Below, piece by piece: positions 8,337-17,993 of a DNA stretch of 64,000 nt. Position 1 is the stretch's first letter, and the number at the start of each line of letters is the position of its first letter. The stretch comes from Clostridia bacterium (lineage in GTDB: Bacteria; Bacillota; Clostridia; Christensenellales; CAG-138). Under the pieces are notes generated by a model. The model worked only from the letters and a program-made list of their open reading frames with translations. It did not search any database and was not told the origin of the DNA. The stretch lies in NCBI GenBank assembly GCA_017428025.1, contig JAFRRO010000065.1:2621-66620 (forward strand). The letters are read 5' to 3'. The translations under genes were made by a program, and so were the position numbers.

Positions 8337-9626
8337 ATGAAACGCAGCCGATTCTGGACCGTTCTGATTGTATTCAGCCTGATCGGACAGATCGCTTGGG
8401 TGGTCGAGAACATGTACTTCAACGTGTTCATCTACCACATGTTCAACGCATCCCCGAAGGAGATCTCGCTGATGGTGCAGGCAAGCGCCGTCGCGGCGAC
8501 GCTGACGACCGTTTTCGTCGGCGCGCTTTCCGACCGTCTCGGCAAGCGCAAGGTGTTCATGGTCATCGGCTATCTCCTCTGGGGCGTCTCGATTCTATGC
8601 TTTGCGTTTCTGCGCACCGACTGGATCGGCGTCGTCTTCCCGACCGTTGCGAACGCCGCGGCGCTCGGCTGCGCGCTCGTCATCGTGTTCGACTGCATCA
8701 TGACGTTCTTCGGCTCGTCTGCCAACGACGCCTGCTTCAACGCGTGGCTGACGGACAGCACCGACGACACGAACCGCGGCAAAGCGGAAGGCGTCAACGC
8801 CATGATGCCGCTTCTGGCGATCCTCGCGGTGTTCGGCGGCACGATGTGGGCGGACACGTCGAACGCGGCGCACTGGACGATCCTGTTTCTGATCATCGGC
8901 GGGATCGTGCTCGTCTGCGGCGTGCTCGGACTGTTTTTGATCGAGGAGCCGAAAGGACTGCTCCGGCAGGCGGCGGGCTATCGCGAAACGCTGCTCTACG
9001 GCTTCCGTCCGAGCGTCGTGAAGGCAAACGCGTCGCTCTATTGGGCGCTGCTCGCGTTCACCGTGTTCGGCATTTCCATTCAGATCTACATGCCGTATCT
9101 GATCCTCTACTACACCGAGGCCCTGCATCTTTCGAACTACGTGCTGATCATGGCGCCCGCGATCCTGCTTGCGGCGGTCGCGACGGCGCTGTACGGGCGG
9201 CTGTTCGACCGGTTCGGCTACCGCAGAACGCTGATTCCGGCGCTCTGCGTGCTGATGCTCGGCTATGCGGTGCTGTATCTGTTCCGGCACACCGCGTTCG
9301 TCTTTGTCGGCTCGCTTCTTATGATGTGCGGATACCTCTGCGGCATGGCGGTGTTCGGCGCGCGCATCCGCGAGACGACGCCCGTCGGCATGGCGGGACG
9401 CTTTCAGGGACTGCGCATCGTCGCGCAGGTGCTGATCCCCGGCGTCATCGGTCCCGCGATCGGAAGTCTTGTCCTGCGCGGCGCCGAAACCGTATTGAAC
9501 AGCGACGGCACGACCTCCTTCATCCCGAACGCAAACATCTTCCTGTGGGCGGGCATCGCGCTGATCCCGATCGCCGTTCTGCTGCTGATCGAATCCGCGC
9601 GAAACGATAAGACCGCCCGCGCCTGA
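8337..9626 (+). CDS. MFS transporter (sugar uptake inferred from gal context)
   Basis: 429 aa, hydrophobic throughout with a 12-TM-like pattern. It starts 3 nt after the galK stop. Confidence 0.8.
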   Translation: MKRSRFWTVLIVFSLIGQIAWVVENMYFNVFIYHMFNASPKEISLMVQASAVAATLTTVFVGALSDRLGKRKVFMVIGYLLWGVSILCFAFLRTDWIGVVFPTVANAAALGCALVIVFDCIMTFFGSSANDACFNAWLTDSTDDTNRGKAEGVNAMMPLLAILAVFGGTMWADTSNAAHWTILFLIIGGIVLVCGVLGLFLIEEPKGLLRQAAGYRETLLYGFRPSVVKANASLYWALLAFTVFGISIQIYMPYLILYYTEALHLSNYVLIMAPAILLAAVATALYGRLFDRFGYRRTLIPALCVLMLGYAVLYLFRHTAFVFVGSLLMMCGYLCGMAVFGARIRETTPVGMAGRFQGLRIVAQVLIPGVIGPAIGSLVLRGAETVLNSDGTTSFIPNANIFLWAGIALIPIAVLLLIESARNDKTARA

Positions 9627-9644
9627 CGTATCTTCTTCCGCAAT

Positions 9645-9680
9645 AACAAAAGGAGCCGGAAAACCGGCTCCTTGCTTTGT
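9645..9680. terminator. bidirectional terminator between convergent genes
   Basis: AGGAGCCGG-aaaa-CCGGCTCCT flanked by A-rich and T-rich tracts. Confidence 0.65.
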
Positions 9681-9688
9681 AAAAGGTT

Positions 9689-11392
9689 TTATTTCGTTTT
9701 GCCGTTCAGCACGTTCGACCAGCCGCCGTAGTACGTCATGCCGTTGAACTCGTGATACGAGCGCACCCGCGCGTAGTAGGTCGTTCTCGCCTTCAGGCTC
9801 TTGATCGTCGTCTGGTACGTCGCGGCGTTTGTGATCCTGACGGTTTTGATGTTCTTCGTAAACGCCGCATCGGTCGCGATCTGCACCTCGTAGCCCGTGA
9901 AGTTCTTCGAACCTTCCCACTTGACCGTCAGCTGCTTGCTGCCGCCGGTGACCGAAGTCAGCTTGCGTGTCGTGATGCGCACGGTCGTCTTCAAAGGTCC
10001 GACCATGCCGAGGTTGAAGTTGCCGGAATCCACGTTCACATTGCCGCCGATTTCGGTGCCCGAAACCGGATCGAGGCGTCTTGCAAAGTATGCCTTGACG
10101 CCGTACTGATAGCGCGTACCCGCATACACCTTATGCGCCGCGTCCACGCCGTCGATATAAGTCGTAGCGGTCGTATTGTTCCATCTTGCAAACGTCGTCC
10201 AGCCGTTGTCTACAAGGTTCCATGCACGGCGGTAGATGACGTATCCCGCAGCGCCCTCGACCGGCGCCCAGGTCACCAAAATACCTTCATCGACGTTCTC
10301 GACGGTCGTCTTGGTCGTGGCGGGCAGATAGATCTTGAAGCTGCCGCGGCATTCGCCCGCATACGCGTTTTTCAGCGTAACGAACACATAGCCGGTGCCC
10401 GCCTGCGTATTCTCCTTGTATTCATAGTCGTAGTTCGACGGATCGATCACGCTGCCGTCGAGGCTGTTCTTGATGTAGAACCGCGGCGTGTGCGCCTTGC
10501 CGTCGTACAGCACGTACGCGGTCTTGCCCTTGAACTGCACGTCGTTCGCGTTCCATTCAACCGTGCAGTCCGTCGTCTCAGAGCGCAGACATCTGACGGT
10601 GACGCCCTCGGGAATCAAAAGATCGCCGTACGCATCGTATGCAAGCGCATTCCACTGCGATTCCGTGCCGTCGAAGTCGATCGTCTTGAGGTTCTCGCAG
10701 AAAACGAAAGCCTGCGCGCCGATCGAGGTCAGTCCGTTCGGCAGCGACACATGCGTGATCCGGTCAAAGATCGGTTCCCACGGCAGGTCGTAATCATCCA
10801 TCGCGCCGCTTCCGGTCACCGTCAGCGTGCCCTTGTCGTAGGTCCAATCGAGATTCGGGCCGGGCTTCTGATCGAACATGAAGCAGTAATACGATTCCGA
10901 CGGGAACGCGTCCGAAGCGACCGTCACGCCGTTCCACATCGCCTCCGTGCCGATATAGTAGACGGCGGGATCCGAAACCTCAAAGATGCGGCAGTCACGG
11001 AACGCGCAGGTTCCGATGCGCGTGACTTCCTTCGGGATCACGACGCCGAACACGCGGTCGATGTCCGCAAACGCATAGTTGCCGATGCTCGTCAGTCCGT
11101 CCGGCAGCCAGATTTCGTCGATGGATGCGGCGAGGTTGTGCCACGGCGCGGGCGTCGACGCGGTATAGTTGTACATCGAACCTCTGCCCGTGATCTTGAG
11201 CCGGTGCACGGTCTCGTCCGGATTCTCGTCCTCGATGACCTGATATTCCCATTTCAGGAAATCGCCGCACGGATCGTTGCCGCCGATCTCCGGCAGCTCG
11301 ATATCGCCGTCCGCACGCGCGCGCTGAAACGGCGCCGCAAGCAGCAGCAGACAGAACAGGATTGCAAGAGTTTTGATGACAGAGTGTTTCAT
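9689..11392 (-). CDS. secreted BspA-type leucine-rich-repeat protein with C-terminal Ig/Fn3-like domains
   Basis: Start set at ATG 11392 (MKHSVIKTLAILFCLLLLAAPFQRARA signal peptide). Repeated LP(D/N)GLTSIG..AF modules. The C-terminal block KQLTVKWEGSKNFTGYEVQ is Fn3-like. Confidence 0.75.
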   Translation of the reverse strand: MKHSVIKTLAILFCLLLLAAPFQRARADGDIELPEIGGNDPCGDFLKWEYQVIEDENPDETVHRLKITGRGSMYNYTASTPAPWHNLAASIDEIWLPDGLTSIGNYAFADIDRVFGVVIPKEVTRIGTCAFRDCRIFEVSDPAVYYIGTEAMWNGVTVASDAFPSESYYCFMFDQKPGPNLDWTYDKGTLTVTGSGAMDDYDLPWEPIFDRITHVSLPNGLTSIGAQAFVFCENLKTIDFDGTESQWNALAYDAYGDLLIPEGVTVRCLRSETTDCTVEWNANDVQFKGKTAYVLYDGKAHTPRFYIKNSLDGSVIDPSNYDYEYKENTQAGTGYVFVTLKNAYAGECRGSFKIYLPATTKTTVENVDEGILVTWAPVEGAAGYVIYRRAWNLVDNGWTTFARWNNTTATTYIDGVDAAHKVYAGTRYQYGVKAYFARRLDPVSGTEIGGNVNVDSGNFNLGMVGPLKTTVRITTRKLTSVTGGSKQLTVKWEGSKNFTGYEVQIATDAAFTKNIKTVRITNAATYQTTIKSLKARTTYYARVRSYHEFNGMTYYGGWSNVLNGKTK

Positions 11393-11450
11393 AATCGTTC
11401 GCCGCCTCCCATACAGAGTCATTATAGCACACGCCTTGCACGCGCGCAAG

Positions 11451-11483
11451 AAAAAAACAGGGAGCGGACGTCCGTTCCCTGTC
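11451..11483 (-). terminator. rho-independent terminator of hup
   Basis: Minus-strand hairpin CAGGGA...TCCCTG followed by TTTTTTT. Confidence 0.7.
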
Positions 11484-11501
11484 TTTTATTCGTTCGGATG
11501 C

Positions 11502-11774
11502 TCAGTTGAGCGCCTCTTTGAGAGCCTTGCCGGCCTTGAAGGAAGCCGCCTTGGAAGCTTCGATCTCGATCTCCTTGCCGGTCAGCGGGTTGTGGCCCTT
11601 GCGTGCCGGGCGCGTCTTTGCTTCAAAGGAGCCGAAGCCAACCAGAGAAACCTTCTCGTCAGCCTTGAGTGCGTCCACGATGCTCTCGAAAACCGCAGTA
11701 ACGGCCTTTTCCGCGTCCTTCTTGGACAGCTCGGTCTTTGCGGCAACTTCCGCGATCAGTTCAGTCTTGTTCAT
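11502..11774 (-). CDS. hup: DNA-binding protein HU
   Basis: 90 aa: [25 protein letters not shown]...[26 protein letters not shown]. Confidence 0.95.
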   Translation of the reverse strand: MNKTELIAEVAAKTELSKKDAEKAVTAVFESIVDALKADEKVSLVGFGSFEAKTRPARKGHNPLTGKEIEIEASKAASFKAGKALKEALN

Positions 11775-11895
11775 GATTATTCCTCCGTAAGTGATTTATA
11801 TTTCAATCGTTGCTCTTTCCGAATGAGCCTTGCCTATTTTACCAACCAAACCCCGGTTCGTCAAGCCCCAAAATGGGATTTTTCAGCCAATCCGG

Positions 11896-13302
11896 CTATT
11901 TTTTCGCCTGTTCCCAGTATCCGTCCTGTTCCTTTAAGGTTAGTTTAGCCAAGTCGTACCCGTCCGCCGCGGCAAGCGCTTCCATCCGCGCGAACCGCCT
12001 GACGAACTTGTCCGCCGCGTCGTGCAGGATCTGTTCGCTGTCGAGTCCCAGAAGCCGCGTCACATTCACGACCGCGAACAGCAGATCCCCCGCCTCCTCG
12101 GCGATGTTGCCGTTTTCGCGCATCGCGGCCCTGAGTTCCTCCAGCTCCTCGGCGACCTTCGGCAGAGCCTCGTCGGCGTCCTTCCAGTCGAACCCGACCT
12201 TGCGCGCTTTGCGCTGAATCTTCTCGCTGCGCATCAGCGCCGGAAATCCCTTCGGCACCGCGCAGAGCGCGTCGCTCACGCTCTTCTGATGCTTTTCTTT
12301 GCGCTTGAGCTCGTCCCACTTCTGCAGCACGTCCGCGGCGCTCGCCGCCCTGTCCTCGCCGAACACGTGCGGGTGACGGTAGATCATCTTCTTCACGATG
12401 CCGTCCGCAACGTCGCCTTCGTTGAAGCGTCCCTGCTCGTCCGCGATCGTCGCGTGGAACAGCACCAGCATCAGCACGTCGCCGAGCTCCTCGACGATGT
12501 GCGCGTCGTCCTCCTCGCCGATCGCGTCGTTGAGTTCGTAGCACTCCTCGATGAGATCGCGTCTGATGCTCTTGTGCGTCTGCTCGCGGTCCCACGGACA
12601 GCCGTCCGGCGCGCGCAGGCGTTTCATGACCGTTACAAGATCGTAATAGTCGTAGCGCGTCAGCTGTTCGAACGCGACCGGCGGAACCAGCAGCACCGAT
12701 CCGGCAAACAGCGTGCGGCAGCGGTCGAGCTGTTCGAGCGGGAACGTCCGCCGATGATAGTGCCCGTCCTTCTGCATGGTTGCATGCGTGACGCGGTGCG
12801 TCTCGGGATAGATGTCCGCGAGGCGAAGCTTGACTTCGCCCGCGATGATCGGATGGTCGAGCTCCTGAATGCACAGCGGCACGGTGCGGTCGATGCGCTG
12901 CGGCAGCGTGCGCGCGGTGCAGATCGCCGCGTCCTGCAGTTCCGGAAACGCCGCCTTTGCATAGGAAACGCCAGCGAGTGTCTCCACGCGGAACCCGCGT
13001 TTTTTCGCCGCCTTTGCGATCGCGTCCTTCTGCGCAAAGCAGCCGTCGCCCATGACGGCATAGACGCAGTCGCCGCCCGCGGTCAGCCGGTCGGCGATCG
13101 CTCGGTTCAGCGCTTCGAAGTCCTCCGCCGTCTCGTAGAGGTCGTCCATCGAAACGAACGAAAGCCCCGCGTCCAGAACCGGCTGTGCGCCCGGATGCTC
13201 GGTCGTCTGCAGATACAGCGTTTCGGCGCGCAAGATTGCGTCCCACGCGGCCTGCGTGAGCGTCTTTGGCGTCGACAGCGGCGCAATGATGATGGTTTTC
13301 AT
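11896..13302 (-). CDS. mazG: tetrapyrrole-methylase-like domain fused to MazG nucleoside triphosphate pyrophosphohydrolase (YabN-type)
   Basis: Start at ATG 13302 (MKTIIIAPLS) after GGAGAT. The C-terminal half carries MazG blocks CPWDREQTH and EEAGDLLFAVVN. Confidence 0.85.
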   Translation of the reverse strand: MKTIIIAPLSTPKTLTQAAWDAILRAETLYLQTTEHPGAQPVLDAGLSFVSMDDLYETAEDFEALNRAIADRLTAGGDCVYAVMGDGCFAQKDAIAKAAKKRGFRVETLAGVSYAKAAFPELQDAAICTARTLPQRIDRTVPLCIQELDHPIIAGEVKLRLADIYPETHRVTHATMQKDGHYHRRTFPLEQLDRCRTLFAGSVLLVPPVAFEQLTRYDYYDLVTVMKRLRAPDGCPWDREQTHKSIRRDLIEECYELNDAIGEEDDAHIVEELGDVLMLVLFHATIADEQGRFNEGDVADGIVKKMIYRHPHVFGEDRAASAADVLQKWDELKRKEKHQKSVSDALCAVPKGFPALMRSEKIQRKARKVGFDWKDADEALPKVAEELEELRAAMRENGNIAEEAGDLLFAVVNVTRLLGLDSEQILHDAADKFVRRFARMEALAAADGYDLAKLTLKEQDGYWEQAKK

Positions 13303-13303
13303 G

Positions 13304-14932
13304 TTATCTCCTTGCAAAGCGGGCAAGCTTTCTGCCGCCCGGTATATAGGCGAGCTCTTCCTTTGTAAACATGCCGAGCAAGAGCGTCAGAACGGCATAG
13401 ATTGCCACGGCGACGAGAATGGCAAGCACGGTCGCGATCGCCGCCATGCGACCGTCGGCGAACACCGGAATGCGCGACAGCAGCCGGTGCGCGCTCCACG
13501 CGCCCGCGCCCATGACGGCGGAGGCAAACGCGGGCTTTATGAACGTGTCGAGCACGTTCATCTTCGCTCCGGTGACGCGCAGCAGCACCGCGGTGTCGAG
13601 CACGCCCGAAACGCCGAAGCAGGCGAGGTTCGAGAACACCGCGCCGAGAATGTTGATCTTCGGAACCGGAATGCAGATGATGTTGACCAGCACCTTTGTA
13701 ACGCCGCCGATCAGAAGGAACCACACGGGAAGCCGATGCTTGCCGACGCCCTGCAGCGCGCCGGTCGCGGTCTGCACGAGCGAGATGAACACGACGGTGA
13801 ACGCCGCGACGTGCATCAGCCGCGTCGCGATCGCGTGGGATTCGGGCGTGACGGAATGGTACAGAAGCTTGATGATCGGTCCCGCAAGCACGGACAGTCC
13901 GACCGCGCACGGCAGCCCGATCGCCATGGCGATCTTGAGGCTCAGAAGCGACAGCTGCTTAACGCCCTCGCGGTCCTCCCTGACGCGCGCCGCCGAAATC
14001 GCGGGTACGATGGACATGGCGATGCCGATCGTGAGCGTCGCGGGCAGATTGATGACCGAGCGCACATAGGTGCACAGCGCCGTATAGTTGAGCTTTGCGA
14101 AATCCTCGGAATAGCCGATCCCGCGCAAAAGCCGCGTAATCATCGCGGAGTCGAGCACGTTTGCGATCGGCAGGATCGACGCGCCGAGCGTGATGGGAAT
14201 TGCGATCGCGAGCATCGGACCGAACACCTTCTCATGCGGGTTCGGATCGACGATCAGCGCCTTGTACTGCCCGCGCGTTCCGGCGTAGAAGAGCATCATC
14301 ACGACGAGCGACAGCGCCTCGGAGACCGTGACGCCGATCAGAAGCCCCGCCGCGCCCGCGGCATAGCGCATCGGCGTATCCGCGTACTTCCGGAACAGAA
14401 GATACGCGAGCAGCAGACCGGAGACGAACTTGATGATCTGCTCGGTCAGCTGCGAAACGCTCGTGCCCGTCATGCGCTGCAGGCCCTGCAGATAGCCGCG
14501 ATACGCGCACATGAGCGAAACGAACAGCAGCGCGGGCGCAAGCGCCATCATCGAATACTTCGCGCCGACGTCGCTGCCCAGAACGAACGTGCCGATCCAC
14601 TCCGCGCCGAAGAACATCAGCGCCGAGGTCACAATGCCGATCAGAAGAAGCAGCAGCAGCGAACGGCGGAACACGCGCCGCGCGCCGTCGTAGTTGCCGA
14701 TTGCTGCGCGCTCCGCGACCATGCGGGAGATCGCCGTGGGAATGCCGGAACTCGAAATGATCAGCAGCCACGAATACGTCGGATAGACGAGTTCATAGTA
14801 GAACATGCCGTGCTCGCCGACGATGCGCACCGCAAAGATGCGGAACAGCACGCCGATGAACTTGCAGATCAGTCCGACCGCCGCAAGGATGGCGGCGCCT
14901 TTGACAAATGCGGTTTTCTTCGTGGTTTCCAT
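13304..14932 (-). CDS. MurJ/SpoVB/YabM-type polysaccharide or lipid II flippase (MOP superfamily)
   Basis: Start at ATG 14932 (METTKKTAFVKGAAILAAVGLICKFIG). About 14 hydrophobic segments. It lies directly upstream of the yabN-like gene, as in Bacillus. Confidence 0.8.
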   Translation of the reverse strand: METTKKTAFVKGAAILAAVGLICKFIGVLFRIFAVRIVGEHGMFYYELVYPTYSWLLIISSSGIPTAISRMVAERAAIGNYDGARRVFRRSLLLLLLIGIVTSALMFFGAEWIGTFVLGSDVGAKYSMMALAPALLFVSLMCAYRGYLQGLQRMTGTSVSQLTEQIIKFVSGLLLAYLLFRKYADTPMRYAAGAAGLLIGVTVSEALSLVVMMLFYAGTRGQYKALIVDPNPHEKVFGPMLAIAIPITLGASILPIANVLDSAMITRLLRGIGYSEDFAKLNYTALCTYVRSVINLPATLTIGIAMSIVPAISAARVREDREGVKQLSLLSLKIAMAIGLPCAVGLSVLAGPIIKLLYHSVTPESHAIATRLMHVAAFTVVFISLVQTATGALQGVGKHRLPVWFLLIGGVTKVLVNIICIPVPKINILGAVFSNLACFGVSGVLDTAVLLRVTGAKMNVLDTFIKPAFASAVMGAGAWSAHRLLSRIPVFADGRMAAIATVLAILVAVAIYAVLTLLLGMFTKEELAYIPGGRKLARFARR

Positions 14933-14964
14933 GTCAAAGAGTATAGCAGATTCCCGCCGATATT

Positions 14965-16245
14965 TCAAGTATTGTCCGCGGCGGACAGCGCGGCGACGAG
15001 GATGCCTTCGTTTTGCGCGTACAGTTCGGGCAGATCGGCGATCGGTAGCGGGTTCTCGCCGCGTCCCGCCTCGATCGTAAAACCGCTCTTTTGAAACGCC
15101 GCGATGAACCAGTCCTTGTACCCCGCAAACCCGCTCTCGTACGGTACGTCCGCAGCCGTATAGCCGGACGCTTCGGCAAACCGTTCCGCAAGCGCGCGCG
15201 AGCCGAGCGGCGCATGGTCGCGGTACTGCCAGTAGATTTCGCCGCCCTGCGTGTGATACGCAAGCACGCGGTCGTAGCCGTCCTCCTTGGTCAGCTCCGC
15301 CATCGCGCGGTTCTCCGGCGTTTCCAGCGGCCGCGTACCGGTGTAGTCGCGCGGTCCCGGGCGGGTATACCCCTGCCGCATCTTGATCGCCCGCGCGTTC
15401 TCCCAGCCCGCCGGATAGCCGAGGTTCAGATCGATGCCCTGCAGGTTCGCCTTCCATCCAGACGGAAACGGAATCGACGGATAGAAGCCCGCAAGCGCCT
15501 TTGCGCTCTCATACCAGCTGTCGCCCGGCTCATAGACGCCGGTCACCAGATTCGCGCCGTCCGGATTGACCATCGGCACGAGCGTCAGCGTCGCGGTCTC
15601 ATAGAGCGAACGCGCGGACACGCCGCCGATCGCGCCGCCCGCCGCAAGCGCGCCTGCATAGCGCTCCAGAAACAGCAGCACGAGCGGCGCGGTGATCCAT
15701 TCGTTTGCATGGTGCGCCGCGTTGACGCCGACACGCCTTGCCCCCGCGCCGATGCGCAGCGCGTCGATGCGCCTGCCCGCATAGCTCGTACCGATCGGAA
15801 ACCGCGCAAGAAACGGATAGCGCAGCACCAGTCCCTCCGATACGCAGGCGCAGAGAAACGAGCCGTACGGGACGTTCGTAAACGTCACGTCGAACGGCAG
15901 CGGCACCGTGACGGTCTCTCCCGCGCTCCATTCGATACCGGGGTTTGCCGTTCGCACCGCGTCCGCCGTCGTGCCGAAGCGCGCCGCAACCGATTCCGCA
16001 TCGTCGCCCTCCTTCAGAATCGCGAAGGTCGCGCCGACCAGATACGGATAGAGCGCCGCCCACGTGAGCCGCCCGACGATCCCGTCCGCACGGAGCCGCA
16101 TCCGCGTCTGAAACGCATAGACCGCGCGTTCGGTCCTTCCGCCGAAGATGCCGTCGATCTCCCCCGGTTCCTCTCCCGCGCGCAAAAGCGCCGCCTGCAG
16201 ATACTGCACGAAGACGCCGCTGTCCTTGAATCGCAATGTACGCAT
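14965..16245 (-). CDS. peptidoglycan-binding M14 carboxypeptidase (gamma-D-glutamyl-meso-diaminopimelate peptidase-like)
   Basis: Start at ATG 16245 (MRTLRFKDSG) after GGAGGG. PG_binding_1-like block DGIFGGRTERAVYAFQ, LysM-like block ILKEGDDAESVAARFGTTADAV, zinc motif HHANEW. Confidence 0.75.
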   Translation of the reverse strand: MRTLRFKDSGVFVQYLQAALLRAGEEPGEIDGIFGGRTERAVYAFQTRMRLRADGIVGRLTWAALYPYLVGATFAILKEGDDAESVAARFGTTADAVRTANPGIEWSAGETVTVPLPFDVTFTNVPYGSFLCACVSEGLVLRYPFLARFPIGTSYAGRRIDALRIGAGARRVGVNAAHHANEWITAPLVLLFLERYAGALAAGGAIGGVSARSLYETATLTLVPMVNPDGANLVTGVYEPGDSWYESAKALAGFYPSIPFPSGWKANLQGIDLNLGYPAGWENARAIKMRQGYTRPGPRDYTGTRPLETPENRAMAELTKEDGYDRVLAYHTQGGEIYWQYRDHAPLGSRALAERFAEASGYTAADVPYESGFAGYKDWFIAAFQKSGFTIEAGRGENPLPIADLPELYAQNEGILVAALSAADNT

Positions 16246-16291
16246 ACGCCTGCCCTCCGTCGTTTTTTGAAAGCATATGCCGTAAGCGCGC

Positions 16292-16324
16292 AAAAAAGCC
16301 CGTTCGCGCGAAACGGGCTTTTTG
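16292..16324 (-). terminator. rho-independent (bidirectional-looking) terminator
   Basis: AAGCCCGTT-cgcgcga-AACGGGCTT flanked by A6 and T5. Confidence 0.75.
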
Positions 16325-16335
16325 AAGATCGATGT

Positions 16336-17850
16336 TCAGTTCGACTGCAGGATGTATTTCAGCACGCTGTCGCAGCCGTTCAGGAAGTCCTCGAGCGTAT
16401 TCTCGACGATCACGTCGGGCGTCAGCGCTTCGTCCGTATTGCCGGGCCAGAAATCATCCCAGACCGAGGAACATTGACCGGTGAAGCCGGAATTCGGCAG
16501 CTTGAACTGGCCGCCGACGAAGAACGCGGTCGGCTGTCCGCCCAAGGAACCGACGATCTTCGCGCCTTCCACACGGCGGCGCAGCACGGACGGCAGCGCG
16601 ATCGCCGCGGAGTAGCTTCCGCCGTCGATGAGGATGAAAACCTCCGCGCCGGATTCGGACAGGAACGTTGCAAGCGGCAGGAAGTTGCCGGAAAGATCGG
16701 GATACCCGCCGGTATTGCTGCGGAAATCCAAAATGATCTTTTCAAGCGAACCGGCTTCCTTTCCGGCTGTGATCGCAGCGTCGAACGCTTTTGTGATCGT
16801 ATCGTCCACCTTACAGGTATTGACGCGGATATACAGCGCTTTGTCGTCGTTCAGCAGGCAGTGCCAGACGTCTTTCGCCGGATTGCTGTACATCAGGGAC
16901 CGTCCGACGTCGCTCTCCTCCGTACCGGTTCCGGAATTGTAAGAGACAAACCCGTTGATCAGCACGAAATCGTCGATTTTGTAAACGGGAATGTCATAGT
17001 CGTTGACCGTTCCGTTCCGATCGCGCACGGTGATCGAAACGTAGTCGCTTTCCCCGATCACGCCGATGTAACGGAGCAAGTCTGCATTTGCAATGCACGA
17101 CCACGACATCGCCAAGGATCGGAATGCAGCTTCGTTTTCATAGGACACCAGCGGACGGAGCCGGTCCAGGATCTCCTCCACGGGCACGCCGTTGATGTTC
17201 AGCAGCTGCATCCCCAGAAGCGATTTCTGCGCGGAAAACGTTTCGTCGATCACGCAGACCGTACCCTCGTCCGAAACAAACGGCTGCACGAAAAACGGCA
17301 GGCAGGCGTCGAACGGATAGATCGTTCCGCCGAATCCGGAATGCAGATCGTGCAGGATCGCGACCGTCTCGATCAGCTTTATCATGATCTCATTGTCCGA
17401 AAGCTCCGGGATCGACAGGATCAGCGCGTTGACGCGGTCGATGAACTCCGCTTTCAGCGCCGGATCGAAGAAGTTCTGCGTGCCGCTCGATCCGTAGCGA
17501 ACGACAAGATCGTTGTAGGATAACGTCGGCGTCATGCGGTCGGACAGCAGCGGATGTCCGTGGTAGGGATCGAGGAACGTATTCGCAAAATATACGATAT
17601 CCTCCTCCCACTTCAAATCGCGCTCTTCCGTCATAATGTAGGTGTACGGCTTGCGGGCGTCGACGTACGGCGGCTGCGGTTCCGGTTCCTCGGTGGGCTC
17701 CGGCGTCGCGGTCGGCGCGGGCGTTTCCGGCACGGCGGTCGGCGCGTCGGTCGGCGCGGGCGTTTCCGTTTCGGCGGTCTGCTGCGGTGTGATGCAGCCG
17801 ATCGGCAGCAGCATCAGCACGAGCAGAACAATGACAATCCGTTTCATCAT
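16336..17850 (-). CDS. S41-like peptidase-domain lipoprotein, paralog A
   Basis: Start at ATG 17850 (MMKRIVIVLLVLMLLPIGC lipobox). C-terminal blocks KIILDFRSNTGGYPD and FILIDGGSYSAAIALP resemble the S41 DLRxNxGG and SASA blocks. Confidence 0.7.
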   Translation of the reverse strand: MMKRIVIVLLVLMLLPIGCITPQQTAETETPAPTDAPTAVPETPAPTATPEPTEEPEPQPPYVDARKPYTYIMTEERDLKWEEDIVYFANTFLDPYHGHPLLSDRMTPTLSYNDLVVRYGSSGTQNFFDPALKAEFIDRVNALILSIPELSDNEIMIKLIETVAILHDLHSGFGGTIYPFDACLPFFVQPFVSDEGTVCVIDETFSAQKSLLGMQLLNINGVPVEEILDRLRPLVSYENEAAFRSLAMSWSCIANADLLRYIGVIGESDYVSITVRDRNGTVNDYDIPVYKIDDFVLINGFVSYNSGTGTEESDVGRSLMYSNPAKDVWHCLLNDDKALYIRVNTCKVDDTITKAFDAAITAGKEAGSLEKIILDFRSNTGGYPDLSGNFLPLATFLSESGAEVFILIDGGSYSAAIALPSVLRRRVEGAKIVGSLGGQPTAFFVGGQFKLPNSGFTGQCSSVWDDFWPGNTDEALTPDVIVENTLEDFLNGCDSVLKYILQSN

Positions 17851-17929
17851 GCGCTCCTTTCTGATAGTCCGGTTTTTTCCGCTTTCAGTATACCATCGAT
17901 GCGCGCGGTTGAAAAGGCTTGTTTCTCCC
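17746..17929 (-). repeat. near-identical 184-bp module (promoter, 5' UTR, signal peptide), copy A
   Basis: Aligns without gaps to 19393-19576 at a constant offset of 1647 bp. Only about 2 mismatches occur across the first ~170 bp. Confidence 0.9.
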
Positions 17930-17957
17930 TTTTGTGGCACCTTGTTTCCGCAAACGC

Positions 17958-17993
17958 AAAAATCCAAAAGCCCGCCTTACGGTTGCGGGCTTT
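17958..17993 (-). terminator. terminator of S41-like paralog B, overlapping its stop codon
   Basis: Minus strand reads AAAGCCCGC-aaccgtaag-GCGGGCTTT followed by TGGATTTTT. Confidence 0.6.

Noticed and set aside
7035-8438. 467-aa minus-strand ORF
   Set aside because: It is antisense to galK, which carries the GHMP kinase signatures.
9752-11509. 585-aa plus-strand ORF
   Set aside because: It is antisense to the LRR surface protein and runs across the hup terminator. There is no signal of real coding.
13256-17523. Long plus-strand ORFs 13256-15094 (612 aa) and 15091-17523 (810 aa)
   Set aside because: They are antisense to the flippase, the M14 peptidase and S41-like paralog A. The translations are extremely Arg-rich.
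17905-17911. CGGTTGA heptamer, the core of the 32-bp phased repeats, also present in both S41-like promoter copies (17905 and 19552)
   Set aside because: A 7-mer is expected by chance several times in 64 kb on two strands. There is no phasing or extended similarity here.
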